A stretch of 64,000 nucleotides of DNA, from NCBI GenBank assembly GCA_028534125.1, contig CM052816.1:97218001-97282000 (forward strand), in the 5' to 3' direction. The position numbers and the translations under genes are program-made. Of this stretch, positions 13,428 through 26,975 are shown one piece after another; position 1 is the first letter of the stretch, and every line of letters starts with the position of its first letter. The stretch comes from Lama glama. Its lineage: Eukaryota. The notes under the pieces are model-generated. The model was given only the letters and a program-made list of their open reading frames with translations. It ran no database searches and was not told the DNA's origin.

Positions 13428-13868
13428 TGATGATTAAGTTTAGGTGTCAAGTTGGCTGAGCCATGGTGTTCAGATACCTGGGTAGTCATGATTCTGGATG
13501 TTTCCCTGGGGGCACTTTTGGGTGAGACTCACATTTTAATCGGTGGACTCTGAGTACAGGGGAGTCCCTTTCATTATGTGGTGGGCCTCACTCAATCGGT
13601 TGAAGGGCTAAATAGAACAAAAGACTATCTTCCCAGGGCAGGAGAGAATTCTGTTGCAGACGGCCCTTGGACTTGAGCTGCACCGACTGTTCTCTGGTCT
13701 CTAGCTGGCTGCCCACCCTGCAGATTTTGGACTATAGAACACACACACATACAACCCTGTAAGCCATTTTTTATAACCAATCTCTCTCTCTCTCTCTCAC
13801 ACACACACATGCACAAACACACACACACTCTATTGGTCTCTTTCTCTGCAGAAACCTAACTAATAGAC
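13428..13868 (+). mobile_element. MLT2 ERVL solo LTR with (TC)n(AC)n tract
   Basis: tgatgattaagtttaggtgtcaagttggctgagccatgg...ctaactaataga. Confidence 0.85.
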
Positions 13869-14336
13869 TCAGGATTACTGAAGACTAATGATTCTGTTTC
13901 CTTGGCTTTGTGTTCTGTAGTGAATACAATTTTTTCTTTTCACTGGTGAGAAGGGAAAACAGAAACTCGCCGTACAAAAATGCAGTCAACATCTCAAAGA
14001 ACAGTACATCCCAAGAGGGGAAAAATCTCAGGAAGAGGGGTTACAGGAGTCTGCCTGTTCAGAAGAAAACTCTGGGGACAGAGAGAAGGCCAATATGGAA
14101 ACAGGAACTTGGGTCCAGGAAAGGCAGTGATATTCCTCACTTAGCCTCCCAGGGTGCCGAGCAATCCCCCGGTTCAGTGCATTTGGCCAGAAATCCCCAC
14201 ACTGAGGAAAGTCTGCAGGAGGCAGGGCTGTCACTGCACCTGTAGGTGGGGACCCCGAAGGCCACAGACACTCACTTCGCACGCACGGCTCCCCTATCAG
14301 CCTGGACGCCGGGCAGCTGCACCTCCGCGCACTCAC

Positions 14337-14398
14337 AGCTGCCCTGCTACAGGGTCTCCTGACTCTGCAGGAGAATTCTTTGCTGGAAAGTTTGGCGC
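14337..14398 (-). pseudogene. Candidate pseudo-exon
   Basis: ttttctctctccactgaatatcag|GCGCCA...CAGCT|gtgagt. Confidence 0.3.
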
Positions 14399-16081
14399 CT
14401 GATATTCAGTGGAGAGAGAAAAGCAAAGGTCTGGATTGTGTACATCTGACTGGGTACTGTGACCCCTGCTAGGTGCGTGGACCTGAAGGGTCATTTCAGA
14501 GGCATGGGGTGGGCACTGGTTGGCCTTCAATTCAAGAACTTAGATCATTAACCCTCCACACAAGTTAAACCCTTAGGAGGAAAGAATAAAAGAGAATAGC
14601 TCCGTTGAACACTTTGCTTATAAGAATCAAAAAGGTACCATTGTGAGCACATGTGTGTGCGTGTCGGGGGTGGGGGAGATGCGGTGGGGGTGGAGCACAG
14701 AGATGGAGGCAGGGACCGCATTAACCTGGGGACAGAGAACCACGGCACCATCCTGTGACGGACGGAACCCTGCTCAATCCTCCATGCTACTGGGGTTGGA
14801 GACAGAGCGCCTCACAGCACAGCTCCTCCCATCTTCCCAGGGGACGTCACCCTAATCTACACCCACAGCAAAGTACCCATGATGAGGGCGGCAGAATTCC
14901 ATCAGCTGCACTCATTTGCAACTACCCACCACCCTTGCACGCCCACCCAGGCCCACTGTGGGCTGGCACCTCCCAGCGCCTTCACTGGGCGGTGTATGTA
15001 TTCTCAGCTGTGCAGAATTTGGGACTCCAGCACAGAAGACGGCGGGCGGCATGCCCAGGTGCTCCTCTCCCACCCCAAGACCTTCGAACCCAGAGGAACT
15101 GTTGTGCCTGCTCCTGAAGGATTCCCATCGCACATTCAACAAAGTGTGCTGAACTGCATCCCATCTCTTGCCATCATGCTTTTGTCCTGAAGGGACAAAA
15201 CGCTGCCCCCTGGAGGCTAGCACCCTGGCCTCCCAGCGCTGTGAGCTGGGGAAGGATGTTCAACTACAGGGCTACCTCGACAGTGAGGACCCCAGGTTCA
15301 CAGTGACGTGAGAGACTCAAAATACTGGTCACCATGTATCATCCTTCTGTTCAACAGTCTTTAGTGATATTCCCCAATTAGTGTCCTCAGCATGCTTATG
15401 ACCCTGGATCCACTGGTTCATCTTGTTTTAAACATTTCTGAAAATTTTAAAAGCATGGACTTGGTATATAATTAATGCAAAACATTTAAGAAAGTGTTTC
15501 AAAAAACAGTAGCTCACGTCTGTGGAGAGCCCCCTACAGGTCAGTGCTGGTCCTGCGTGTCTTCTCTGTTAACACCTCAAACACCCTTCTCTTAGAGACA
15601 CAGCTCCCAGGAAAGGGGGAAGCGTCCAAACCCAGACTGCGCAGCTCTGGACGCGTCTCCCACATGGTGGGCAGGCACCGGGGGTTAGGGCTTTGCTTCG
15701 TTTTCCCACGATTCCTGAGCTGTGATAAACAAGGTTATAAAAAGTATGCAGCTACTTCTGAGAACTGAAATGGGTGCTTTCTTACAGTTCCATTAATTGG
15801 TCCTAAAACATTTCAGAAATCACAATAAAAGCAACAGAGAAACACAACCCAATAAAATGCCATGGAACTAGAATTCCTTCCTGACAGTCAATTTGCAGCT
15901 ACTGTGGGATCACTTGGTTCCAGCCCTGAGGCAGAGGAAACCAGAGCTCTGACTCCTGCTGTGACAGCAGCCAAGGGGCAGGCTGTGGAGGTGCCAACCG
16001 CCAACCCTAGCACGTGTCTCTAGATCTCTTACTGTCTTACACGTAACAGAGATCAAGTTCTATACGTGCGTCCCAACGGTC

Positions 16082-16628
16082 AGAGCATCACTGTGTACAA
16101 CAGCAAAGCCATGAAAGCAACATAAATGTCCATCGACAGATGACTGGATAAAGAAGCTGTGGTATGTTTATACAACGGAATACTACTCAGCCATACAAGA
16201 GATAATGTCATTTGCAGCAACATGATGGAACTAGAGATCATCATTCTAAATGAAGTAAGCCAGAAAGAGAAAGAAATATACCATATGATTTCACTCATAC
16301 GCGGAACTAAAAAAAAAAAAAGGACACTAATGAACTCATCTACAAAATAGGAACAGACTCTCAGACATAGTAAACAACCTTGTGGTTACTGGGGGAAAGG
16401 TGGTGGGAAGGGATTAATCTGGAAGTTTGAGATTTGCAAATGTTAGCCATGATATATAAAAATAGAGTAAAAAAAAAACTTCTGTGTAGCACAAGGGACT
16501 ATATTCAATATCCTGTAATAACCTTTAATGCAAAAGAATGAGAAAACAAATATATGCATGACTGGGACGTTGTGCTGTACACCAGAAATTCACACATTGT
16601 AACTAACTATACTTCAATTAAAAAAAAT
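16082..16628 (+). mobile_element. L1 3' end with poly-A
   Basis: MELEIIILNEVSQKEKEIYHMISL; 3' UTR ending acttcaattaaaaaaaa. Confidence 0.95.
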
Positions 16629-17029
16629 AGTACTTCTGAAACATGATGGAAACATTCTGGTCCAGCCATTAATAGCTCCCACGCATGTGTTTCAGAAAAG
16701 GACAATGGCAAGTAAGCAAGACTCATTGCTATTTTTTTCTCCTAAATAAACGTTTTCAGGTCTTAAGATCTGGCCTCACTTTTTACTGTTTCAGGCCATC
16801 ATAGATTACTTATCTGGACAACTGATGTCAGGATACGGGCGATCTTGTTTCCCAGATTCCCCCGAAGAGTAGACTTTGCATCCTTCCTCTGATCCCTCTC
16901 CTCCTGTCTCTGCTGAGCCTGCAGCAAGGAGGCTCTCTCCGCCACTGCCCGTTGCACCCTGCAGAACCGCTATCCTTGAGGACGCAGCTCACTATCTGCC
17001 TTCCTCCTGAGACTCTTGATTTAGTTGAC

Positions 17030-17375
17030 TTTCTGAGCATCACACTGGCCCCACCTCCCACCTGCTGCAGGAATCACCTCTTCTCAGGGCCCTTTACTGA
17101 CACCTCCTTCTCTTGTGGAGCTCTGATGTCGGGGTCCCTGGGTGGCTGGCTCCAATCTCAGAGCCTCAAATGCAACTCACCTGCAGGCTACTCTCCGATG
17201 TGTATTTCCAGCCTGGCCTGTGGCCCCAAACTCCAGACTTACAGCTCCAACTGCCTTCTCAGTGTTTCTCCCTGGATTTCTAACAAACCTCTCATACTTG
17301 TACCTAAGACCGAACTCCTAATTTGCCCCACAAACTGGCTCTTCTCCCAGGAGCCAAGATTTATTCATCCCAAGT
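17030..17375 (+). mobile_element. L2 LINE RT fragment
   Basis: LQTYSSNCLLSVSPWISNKPLILVPKTELLICP, resembling L2 ORF2. Confidence 0.75.
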
Positions 17376-18968
17376 GATGGTAAAAATTTATAATTTTTGA
17401 AACCTTATGTTTCTCATGAGAGGGGATAAAACACGTGATAATATTTTACCCTCATTAAACGTATGAAAAGAAATGGTCTCAACTGCAGAAGGCTAAGGTG
17501 ATTCTTGCTTGAATCAATAAGCAAGTATTGAACATCTTCAATGTTCTAAGTGATACGGTGGGTAAAGAATATCTAAAGAATAAGAAACTCCCTGATAGTT
17601 ACTGAGCTATACGCACCAGGAAAAGAGCAAGCTCATCACAGCTTCTGCTCATTAAACGCTCACTGAAAGCTGCAACACGGGATGGGATGACTGTCATCCC
17701 ATTTTCACAACTTGGAAGCTTGAACAAAAAGAGCGTTTGGCCTGACATCCCACAAGCGCCAAACCCCAACCCGGCCTGGCCGGCCCCACTGTCCACACTC
17801 CAGGCCAGGGTTATGGGAGTTGTCGTGGGAAAAGGAAAGGAACAGAATATTCTGGCATGCAAATTTCTTAGCAGTTACACTCAGTGTAACAAATAAAGCC
17901 CAGGAACAGAACGACCAGCGATCTGCATCTAAATGCAAGCCCTCCCCTGTCTACGCTCTCAGTTTAATAGAATCAAGGGAATTGAAACATTATCAGTTCC
18001 AACACAGTAACATGGGAAAAGCCCAGAATCGTGGAAGTTACTCTTTCCGTCCATTCCAAAATCTCATTCCCTTTTTTCCATCCTTTTGTTTGTTTTTACA
18101 TTTTTATTTCCCCTCTGGGTAATATTTTATTGCTTCCCCCCCCACACAAAGTTCACTGCAGAACTTATGTAACAATGAAGGTTAGCACGTCCCGGGTAGA
18201 GCAAGTCACTGAGGGAGAGATCTTTTCCTAGAAACGAAGGGAAGCTGTAATTCCAAGATGTTCATAAAGAACACAATCCAAGCCTCACCCTCTTGATTTA
18301 ATATGTGCATGTTTAACAAAATAAAACCAGTGTCAAAAGAGCCTCCTTCACATCAGCCGCTGAGACCCAGACAGACCTTTTTGAGGTCCTCACGGGGACA
18401 ATGGGCTCAATCTGAGAAAAGGACTTAAAAAGGACAGATGAAATTTGCAGAGTGACATACAAAGGTTTCCTTTTATCGCTAACACTGATAACAATGACAC
18501 AAAAAATGTAACGGCAATCTTTTAAGAGCACATCCAAAACTTATCCTACTCTCAAGGGTAGATAAAAGAAACACTTTTCGATGTTGTTATGTTTATTATA
18601 TCTCCATCCTTTACCAAAATTAAGGACAAAATTTTTTATGGCTAATATCTGAAAGCCGGCTTTTCCTTCAGCAAGAGAAATAGCAATTTTAGTCAGTCTT
18701 TCCCATCAGTCTCTCCTTTTCTGTAATGTGAATGGCTCAATATTTTTATACGTCATGACTTAATGGAAAAGGTAATGGAAGTGCCCACAGCTATAATCAG
18801 AGAGTGATTTAAACTTTTACCTTTTATAGTTTTATTGATCAGTTTTTAAGTCTGTGATAAATGTTTGTAAATCTCCTGCTCAGGGCTGGAAACCTCAGCA
18901 GGGCGAAATCATTTTTAAGAGATGGAGGTGGGAGAATATTGTTATTAATGGACATGCAATTTACTTAC

Positions 18969-19292
18969 TAGAAGAGGCACTCATTAAACAAAGTACACTT
19001 TTTACATCGTTCCTTCTATATTCTTGCCCAACAAATGGCTTTAAAGAAGAATCCCTTGATGCTGGGCTTCAAATCAGAACTCCTGGGCACTGGGCTGAAT
19101 TCGGCCACTGTAACCCCGGTAGTTACATGATCCAGAGTGGAAAGGACACTTCCGAGCTGCTGGGGGAGCCCCATGCCCTGTCTGCAGACCTCTGCAGGCC
19201 TCCCCTCTGCCAAGTCGCCAAGGAATGGTCCACTAACCACTAATGTCCCATCAGCATCTTTATAGGCAAACAAAACTCTCTGGGCAGCTGTC
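18969..19292 (-). pseudogene. Pseudo-exon
   Basis: tcattctctgtttgtag|GACAGC...CTTCTA|gtaagt; 324 nt, strong sites at both ends; about 90 open codons, then a stop. Confidence 0.55.
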
Positions 19293-19749
19293 CTACAAAC
19301 AGAGAATGATTTCTGTTCCCAGAGCCATGCCACCCCACTCAATTCCGCTTTATTAAAATGTGGGAAAATATCTCTTCCTTGTACCCTGCTTCCTTTTTAT
19401 ATTGATCCTTATTCCACAAGGCTCTAAAGAACCGAATTTTTTTGAGAAGCAGCTTTCGCACACCCTTTAATCATCATTTCATTCAGAGCATCAGCAGCAA
19501 TACTGGAGTGTGTACAAGATGCAGGAGACTGGGGAGAAAGGTCAGGAGATGCTCAGACAATCGGGGAAAAGCTTTGGGTTTTGTGTTTCTGGAGGTTCAC
19601 TTGTGCTCCTCAAATCTATTTTTCCATTTATGGAGTTTGTGCCGCAAAACATTTTTTTCCAGTATCCCTGATTTTTTAGGTAATCGGTATAACTTCATTC
19701 TTTCTCACTTGGCACCTGATTTAAAATGTAGCTGTGATTGGTCTTAATC

Positions 19750-20190
19750 AGGGATGGTAAGACACAGAGACACAAGAATGACCATAGTAAAGGAAGAGAT
19801 GTCTATACTCGCAGGTGCCCAGGAACAGGAGGCATGGCGCACCACGCAGGACCACAGAGTCAGTCAGGGGCAGAAGGAGCGAGGGAGAAAATGTGGGCAA
19901 GTTTTTATTGCCGTTTCCATGGGAAAGGCCAGGCAAGCAGGGCCAGCAGGCTCCGGATTGGCTAGTTTGAATAATTACAGTGGGCTTGAGGGCCGTCACT
20001 ACCTGTCTGGTACCTGCTTGGGAGGGATTAGGGACGATGGACAATGGCTTGGAGTGTGAGAGCCAGACAGAGGAGGTGGCTGGGGTGTGGGCCCTGGATT
20101 GGTTGGCTTACATATGACTGACAGGTGTACAAGCAGACAAGTCTTTTCTCTCTCTGTGGACTGCCCTGAGTGCACATGCAGATGGGGAAA
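19750..20190. mobile_element. ERV-class solo LTR (MER54/MER74-like)
   Basis: ggattggctagtttgaataattacagtgggc, as I recall from old ERVL LTRs; family uncertain. Confidence 0.5.
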
Positions 20191-20659
20191 GTTACACCTC
20201 ATCCACGGGACAGTGAAAACACTGCTTGTGAACAGCTCCAGTGGAATATCAGAGGCCCAGCCACATAAACACCACTCGTGGCAAGCAGAAGCTGCCTCTG
20301 TTCAGGTGGGGACAAAAGAAGACAAAAGACAAGGCCACAGCATCCACGTTTCGCAGGGAGCCGGGCATGGAGGGGTGGTTTCTGAGGGAGGAGGTTCGCT
20401 GATGACGGTGATGATGGATAATCATGATAATTGATGATGTTAATATTTATGGACATCTTTCAATAAGTAATAAGGCACAAATCTAGACAAAGAGGAGTTC
20501 CTCCATGTGCTTGACAAGATCTCACTTCTCTGATGCCACACGGCTAGATGGATGGCTATAATTTCCCTGTCACAGACGGGAAAACCATTGCTGGTGAGAG
20601 GAAACTGCAGATAGTAGATTCCTAAAGGGATGAGTTTGGAAATTTGGGTTGCTGCCACA

Positions 20660-22620
20660 TCTCGGCTATTATGAATAATACACAGTGGTCCTATAAACAA
20701 TCATGCACAAGCTTTCGTGTGGACGTAGGTTTCCATTTCTCTCAGGTACGGATCTAGGAGAATAATTGTTTGTTCACATGGTAACTCACTGTTTAGCTTT
20801 AAGGAACTGCTAGATTGTTTTTCAAAGCAGCGACATCATTTTACAGTTGGATCACCAATGCACAAGAATCCCAATTCATCCAAATTCTCCCCAAATCTTA
20901 TTTTCTGTCTTTTTGATGGCAGTCATTCTAGGGAGTGTAAGGTGATATCCCGGTGGTTTGATTTGCACATCCCAGATTGCTCGTGATGAGCATCTTTCCA
21001 TACGCATATTGGCCATCTGTGTATCTCCTTTGGAGAAATGCATACTGAGATCCTTCAGCCCTTTTCAGCTAGAGTACTTTGATTTTTTTTTTTGTTATTG
21101 AGTTCTCTATATATTCTAGACACAGTCCCTTCTCAGATACACGATTAGCAAGTATTTTCTCCCATTCTGTGAGTTTTGACACTTTCTTGATGGTGTCCTT
21201 TAAAGTGAAAACTTTTAAATTTGTGAAGTCCAATTTATTGATTTTTTTTTCTATTTTTGTGCTCTTAATAGCACATCTAAGAAACCTTGCTTAATCCTAT
21301 GTCAAGATTTATGGCTGTATTTTCTTCTAAGAGTTTTATAGTTTTAGTTTTTACATGCAGGTCTTCGAACTATTTTGAATTAACTCTTTGTATATGGTGT
21401 GAGGAAGGGGTCCAACTACATTCCTTTGCATGTGGATATTCAATTATCACAGCACCACTTGTTGAAAACAGTATTCTTTCCTCACTGAATTACCTTGACA
21501 CTCCTGTCAAAAGTAATTGGTATAAATGTGATGGCTTATTCGTGGACTTTCAATTCTATTACACTGATCTCTATTTGTGCCAGTATTGCAGTTTCTTGAT
21601 TACTATAGGGTTGTAGCTGTTCTTAAATCAGGAAGAGTGAGTTCTTCAAATTTATTTTTCTTTTTCAGTATTATTTTGGCTATTTTGGGTAACCTGCATT
21701 TCTATATAAAATTTAAGGTCACATTCTCAATTTCTATTTATTCTTCCCCCTTCATGTGCCATTACTGTTGCACATGGCAATAGTTATTGCACACAATCAT
21801 TGCCATTATAGCGTGATACACACATAACATCTGTAACACCTTGTTATAATTGTTACTGTATATAATTTTATGTCTTTTAAAGAAGAGAGAATAAATAAAA
21901 ACAAGCATATATTCATAGAGTTTGTTATATTTATCTTCTTAACATGAATTTTTTGGTTGACAGTTTTTTTTTCTCTTTCAGTGCTTTGAATATATCCTCC
22001 CACTGCCTTCTGGCCTCCACTGCTTCTCGTGAGTCTGCTATTGTCCTTATTAGGGTTTCCTTGAGAGTGATGAGACATTTTTCTCTTGTTGCTTTCAAGA
22101 TTTTATCCCTGAGATTGGCTTTCAGCATTTTCACTATGATGTATCGGGGTGTAGATCTCTTTGTATTTATATTCTTTTTAGATTCTTGGATTCATCAGAT
22201 TTGGGGAAATGCTCACAATTATTTATTTGAATTTTTTTCCTGCTTTCTCTCTGTCCTCTCCTCCTGAACTCCCCCCCCCCCAGCTTATGCTGGTGCACTT
22301 AAGGGTACCCTGCATTTCTCTGAAACTGTGTTCATCTTTCTCCATTTCTCTCTGCTCAGTTTGCATAATATCTATTGATCTAGCTAAGTTTACTAATTCT
22401 TCATTCTGCCAATTCAAATCCCCTTCAGAGAAATCTTTATTTCAATTATTCTACTTTTGATTTCATAATTACCATTTGGTCTTTTAGAATTTCTATCACT
22501 CTATTGATATTCTCCATTTGATGAGACACTGTCATTACACATTCCTTTTCTTCTTTTAGTATGTTTTCTTTTAAATTTTTGAGCATATTTATTGTGGCTG
22601 CTTTGAATTTTTGTCTTCTA
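20660..22620 (-). mobile_element. Old L1M element(s): ORF1 fragment plus ORF2 3' fragment
   Basis: ORF1-like DKILKATREK and IADSREAVEARRQWEDIFKALKEKK; ORF2-like antisense gcatgtggatattcaatt...cagcaccacttgttgaaaa. Confidence 0.85.
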
Positions 22621-22789
22621 TGTTCCAGGGACATAGTGATAAACCAAAATTTCCAAGTTCCTTCTGTAATAATGTTTACTTTTTAACTGAGTGATAAAGA
22701 CCAGGTGTCATCAATCTATATCCCATGGGCTAAATCTTGTTTCCCACCCATTTATACATGGCTTATAAGCTGTCCTTGGGTTTGGGTGC

Positions 22790-23185
22790 CCTGGGAGGCA
22801 AAGCCAACACGATTTGCTGATGGTCTGGATCTGAGGAGTCAGAGAAAAGGCTGAGACCAGCCTGACTTCTCCTATGGTTCTGGTCTGAGCAACTGGGTGA
22901 ATGGGGTATCACTTCCTAAGAGGGTAACAGGAGCAAAGTAGGTTTTGGGGAAATCAAATCTTCCCTCTTGGTCATGTTAAGTTTGAGATGCTCACTGAAT
23001 ATTCCAATGAAAACACAGACTAAGTAGGTTGGCCTTTGAGTGTGGATTTCAAGGAAGAGATCACAGCTATGGAGTAATCAGTGTGGGGATAGTTTTAAAG
23101 CTGTGAGAAAGGGTGAGAACCTCAAGGGAGTGAGTCACAGAACAGACTGGAGACCAGGACCTTGACATGAACCAACATTTAGATG
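22790..23185 (-). mobile_element. L2 fragment
   Basis: ggtcatgttaagtttgagatgctcactgaatattccaa. Confidence 0.7.
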
Positions 23186-23304
23186 TGCTGCAAGCAAGGC
23201 TCCCTGCAAAGCCCTCCTCACTTTGAAGTACCATTCACTGTACTTCTTCAGCTCTTATTCCTCCACAGAAATAAAGTGAGTAGCAGAAAACACACATATA
23301 CACA

Positions 23305-23590
23305 CAGTTGTCCCTCAGTATCCACTGGAAACTGGTTCCAGGACCCGCCATGGACACCAAAATCCACGGATGCTCCAGTCCTATAGTTGGCCCTTTGTAT
23401 CCATGGTTCTGCATCCACAGGTCATGCAGTATCAAGCACAGATCATGGAGTACCAAGCAAAGATTATGGAGTACCAAGCATAGATTATGGAGTACCAAGC
23501 ATAGATCATATAGTACTGTAGTACCTACTGAAAAAAATCCACATATAAGTGGACCCACAGTTCAAACTCCAGTTGTTCAGCCATCAGCTG
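23305..23590 (+). mobile_element. Tigger/MER2-type non-autonomous DNA transposon
   Basis: cagttgtccctcagtatcc...ggttccaggaccc...caaaatccacggatgctc; ends cagctg-ta. Confidence 0.8.
23417..23516. repeat. 21-bp tandem repeat, about 4.7 copies
   Basis: Units of atagattatggagtaccaagc. Confidence 0.9.
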
Positions 23591-25699
23591 TAGTTCCTTC
23601 CTCTGTCCCTCACTCTGTCTTTAAATGCATGTAATAGTATGCAGATTAGTAAAGGTCACAATGAGATCCTCCAGACTCTCAGAATTTGTTACATTTATGT
23701 CGCTTGATGAAGAACCCTGAGCTTTCAGCTGTGCTTGCTCTCCAGAGAACTCAAATTTCTATGATGAATCCCTACAAAATCAGAATGCAAACCAAAATAA
23801 TTTTACATCAATGCTCCATTCCATATCAACATAGTATTTGTGGTTCAAGAACATTTTACTCAATTGTTATTCCATGTGAGGAGCAGAGCAGGAAATATCA
23901 TACTGTTACCATGTTGTTTGAGGAAAGAACAAAGACGTTCCTTCACTGAGAGATATCTCTAAATATTATGAGGATCCCACTTGTGCAACCCTGAGGACAT
24001 AAAGATAAGCATTTTCTTAGCCAGACCAGTGATTTATTAGATTAGTTTTAGTAGCTCAACTCCTGCGCCATCAGTGTTTATGTAAGCCATAGCATGAGCA
24101 AAAGACATTTATCTAATTCTATCACTTTTCAGAACTTGACCGGATATCTATTTTGCCTATAATGGGAGAAATGGCTCGCTTCACAAATCTAAAATAATAC
24201 TTTCTTGCTCATCAAAATTATATTAAATAACAAAAATTATTTTAATTCATTTTTCTACAGTTAAAAATTCCTAAGTTTTAAGACTCAAGACTAGTTTATT
24301 GTGTACATACATTTGTATATATTTCAGTTCCCACCGTAAGTCTGTCTTTCTGTCCCCTGGCATTTTACTTGATAAAGATTTCATTAAATTATTAGGAAAC
24401 TCTGCCTTTTTCTATTGCCAGGAAATTGCCGTGGTGAGTGCTTGTCGCCTGAAACCACTAGAAGGCTGACACTCTTGGATCACCAGTTGATGACATTTGC
24501 CGTAGACACACTTCTAGTACAAATATCATTTTCCATTATGTCATTGTAGCGCTCATTCTCGTAAGTGCAAACATAGCTGTTCACTTACGAAGCTGTTTTA
24601 CCCGCATGCTTTGCTCTGAAGAGTTTCTGGGAATGAGTATACAAGAATACTTAAAATTCTCGAAAATAATTAGCTAATAAAATAGGAGTAATGTACCTTG
24701 AGAAACAAATGCTACACTCACAGGACAGAAACAGATGTCCACAGATAGGAACGTGTGAAAACTCAACGGAAACATCTCAAAGTCATAGCCAGAATGAGAT
24801 GCAGTAAAAATGAAAAAAGGAAACCAGTCACGGAATTTTCTTTGAAGGTTTCTGAGATACTGAAAATAATATTAGTTAGAATGTAGAATCACGGGCTGTT
24901 AGGCTGGGAGGAGGTGCGTGGAGGTTCAGAGCCCTCATTTCACACGTGAGGAAACTGAAGCCCAGGGAGCGCGGAAATCACTCTGCCTGTGTCTCCCCGG
25001 GGCCTGCACAGGGAGGCGGGAGGAAGGCAGCGGGGCCGATGATTTGTCCCTCTGCTTTGCATTTTAAGTCTGAAGTATTTCGATGGAGAGAAAAAGAGAA
25101 CATCAGGAAACATCAAAAGGCAAGGACACTTTGACCTGCAGAAATGAGAAGTGATGGTTCTTTGCAGACCTTTAAATATTTCTAAAATTTTGCCAAGTGA
25201 TGGTGAGAAGAGAAGACAAAAATAAGAGGTCAAAGGTCCTCCAACACACTAGATGGTTTACAGCCTTCATTCTCGGTCCCTCTTCACCTTCCTAAATCTG
25301 TTTCCGCCCCGCCTAATTTTTAAGAAGTGTCAAAAGAGTTGCAAAATTCTAAAACTCGAGACGGGGCTACTTTTCCCCAGAACATTCAGGAGTATTTCTC
25401 AGTGTTCATGCAATAAATGAAAACCCTGTGCAAAACCATCAGTTTACAACTCATGCAGACGGGGAGCTCGTGCAATTCCGTATCCCCACGAGCCCCACCT
25501 GCTGGCCACGGGCCCCGGTGCGCCGCGTGCTCGCTGGGCGTGGGGGCTGCCCCAGACCCCGGCGTAGACGCGCCATCCCTGGGACAGCCCTGGGGGTGGC
25601 ACTCCCACTACTCATATGATACAGAGCGGGAAACCCAGGCACAGATGGGCTCAAACCCAGCCAAACAAATAAAACAGCAAACCCTTGTCCAGGGTCGGT

Positions 25700-25860
25700 C
25701 ACAATCGGGCAGAGCTTTCCCCTAGAAGAGGAAAGGCATTCCAGCGGGGGATGGGTCTGCTCAGTGAGGGCTTCTGGTTAGAGGCAAGGTCTTCAAGCTC
25801 TCCTGAGGACACTGAACTTTCTCACGGTGACTTTTTCCAGCAGGAGAGCCTCAGGACGAT
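25700..25860 (-). pseudogene. Candidate pseudo-exon, RGS C-terminus
   Basis: LEDLASNQKPSLSRPIPRWNAF; boundaries approximate. Confidence 0.3.
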
Positions 25861-26018
25861 GACGCCCGTACACACGGAGGTAAAGGAAAATGCTCCCAAG
25901 AGCAAATTATTCCCAAATGAAACTTATTCTTGAGTCTTGGTTTCAGGAATTGGGTGAAATTGTCCTCCTGTGCAAACTTTTGCTTAAACCTCAGAAATTC
26001 CCTGCCCTGTGTACTTAC

Positions 26019-26090
26019 GGCAATAACGCCACGGGACAAGAGAATTCTGTGGAATGTGCTATTTATGATACTTATAAAGAACTCGATTCC
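26019..26090 (-). pseudogene. Pseudo-exon
   Basis: Consensus donor TTGCC|gtaagt; VLYKYHK*HIPQNS and EFSCPVALL. Confidence 0.45.
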
Positions 26091-26825
26091 CTCAGATGAA
26101 AGATGTTATGTAAATGCAGGTACCAATAATGCTAAAGTGAATAATGTGCTTCAGGGGATTTTGACTTTGACAGCGTGAATGTAATAAGCACTATTTACCT
26201 GGTCCTTAAACTGAGATTTTATTGCACTTGGATGGAAGAAAGATATTAAAGTGTAAGTGTACCAAACTGCATAATTCAGAATGGCTAGTCCTTATATAAG
26301 CAATGTCTTTTTCCTTTGCAATGAATTTAGAATTACCACTTATAGAGGTTTTAAAATTTAACACATAATCTATTTTGATGGATATGAAAATCTAATTCTC
26401 TCCTTTAATGTAGTTTGAAATAAAAAATACTCACTGGGGCTGAAAGCAATGGGGTAAACCATTCCCTATTTTTAAATGTTGCTTTCTACAAGAAATCAGT
26501 TTTTCTAGACAAGGTAAGACAGTCATCTACCTAAAAACGCCCAAGCAGAAACCATCTGATTTTTAAATGTTAGAATTTTGTTCTTCTTGCAGTCTTAATT
26601 AATAGCGCTATTTTTACACAAGGCAACTATAATTATTTATTCTTAGTATTTAGTCTTAATTCTCAAGTTTTACCAGTTTCTGGGCCCGCAAAGTTTCCTT
26701 TATTCCCTCTTTTGTTTGAATTCATTTTTGTTTGTTTCACTGGAGGAAGTCTTCAAATTTCCATGTCACTATACATGTATGGGGTTGCGTTTTCTGAGTC
26801 CACGTGAGCCTGAAAAGCATACTGC

Positions 26826-26826
<1 letters not shown>

Positions 26827-26861
<35 letters not shown>

Positions 26862-26975
26862 TTTTATTGAAATACCATCAGTTACAACGTGTCAGTCTCT
26901 GGTATTCAGCACAATGCCCCAGTCATGCATAATACATACATATATTTGTTTTCATATTTTTTTCATTAAAGGTTC
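26827..26975 (-). mobile_element. Short L1 3' end with adjoining (TATC)n
   Basis: (tatc)n tttttattgaaataccatcagttacaacgtgtcagtctctggt. Confidence 0.8.

Noticed and set aside
23417..23516. Repeat array as a possible CRISPR
   Set aside because: Head-to-tail units with no spacers, in mammalian DNA.
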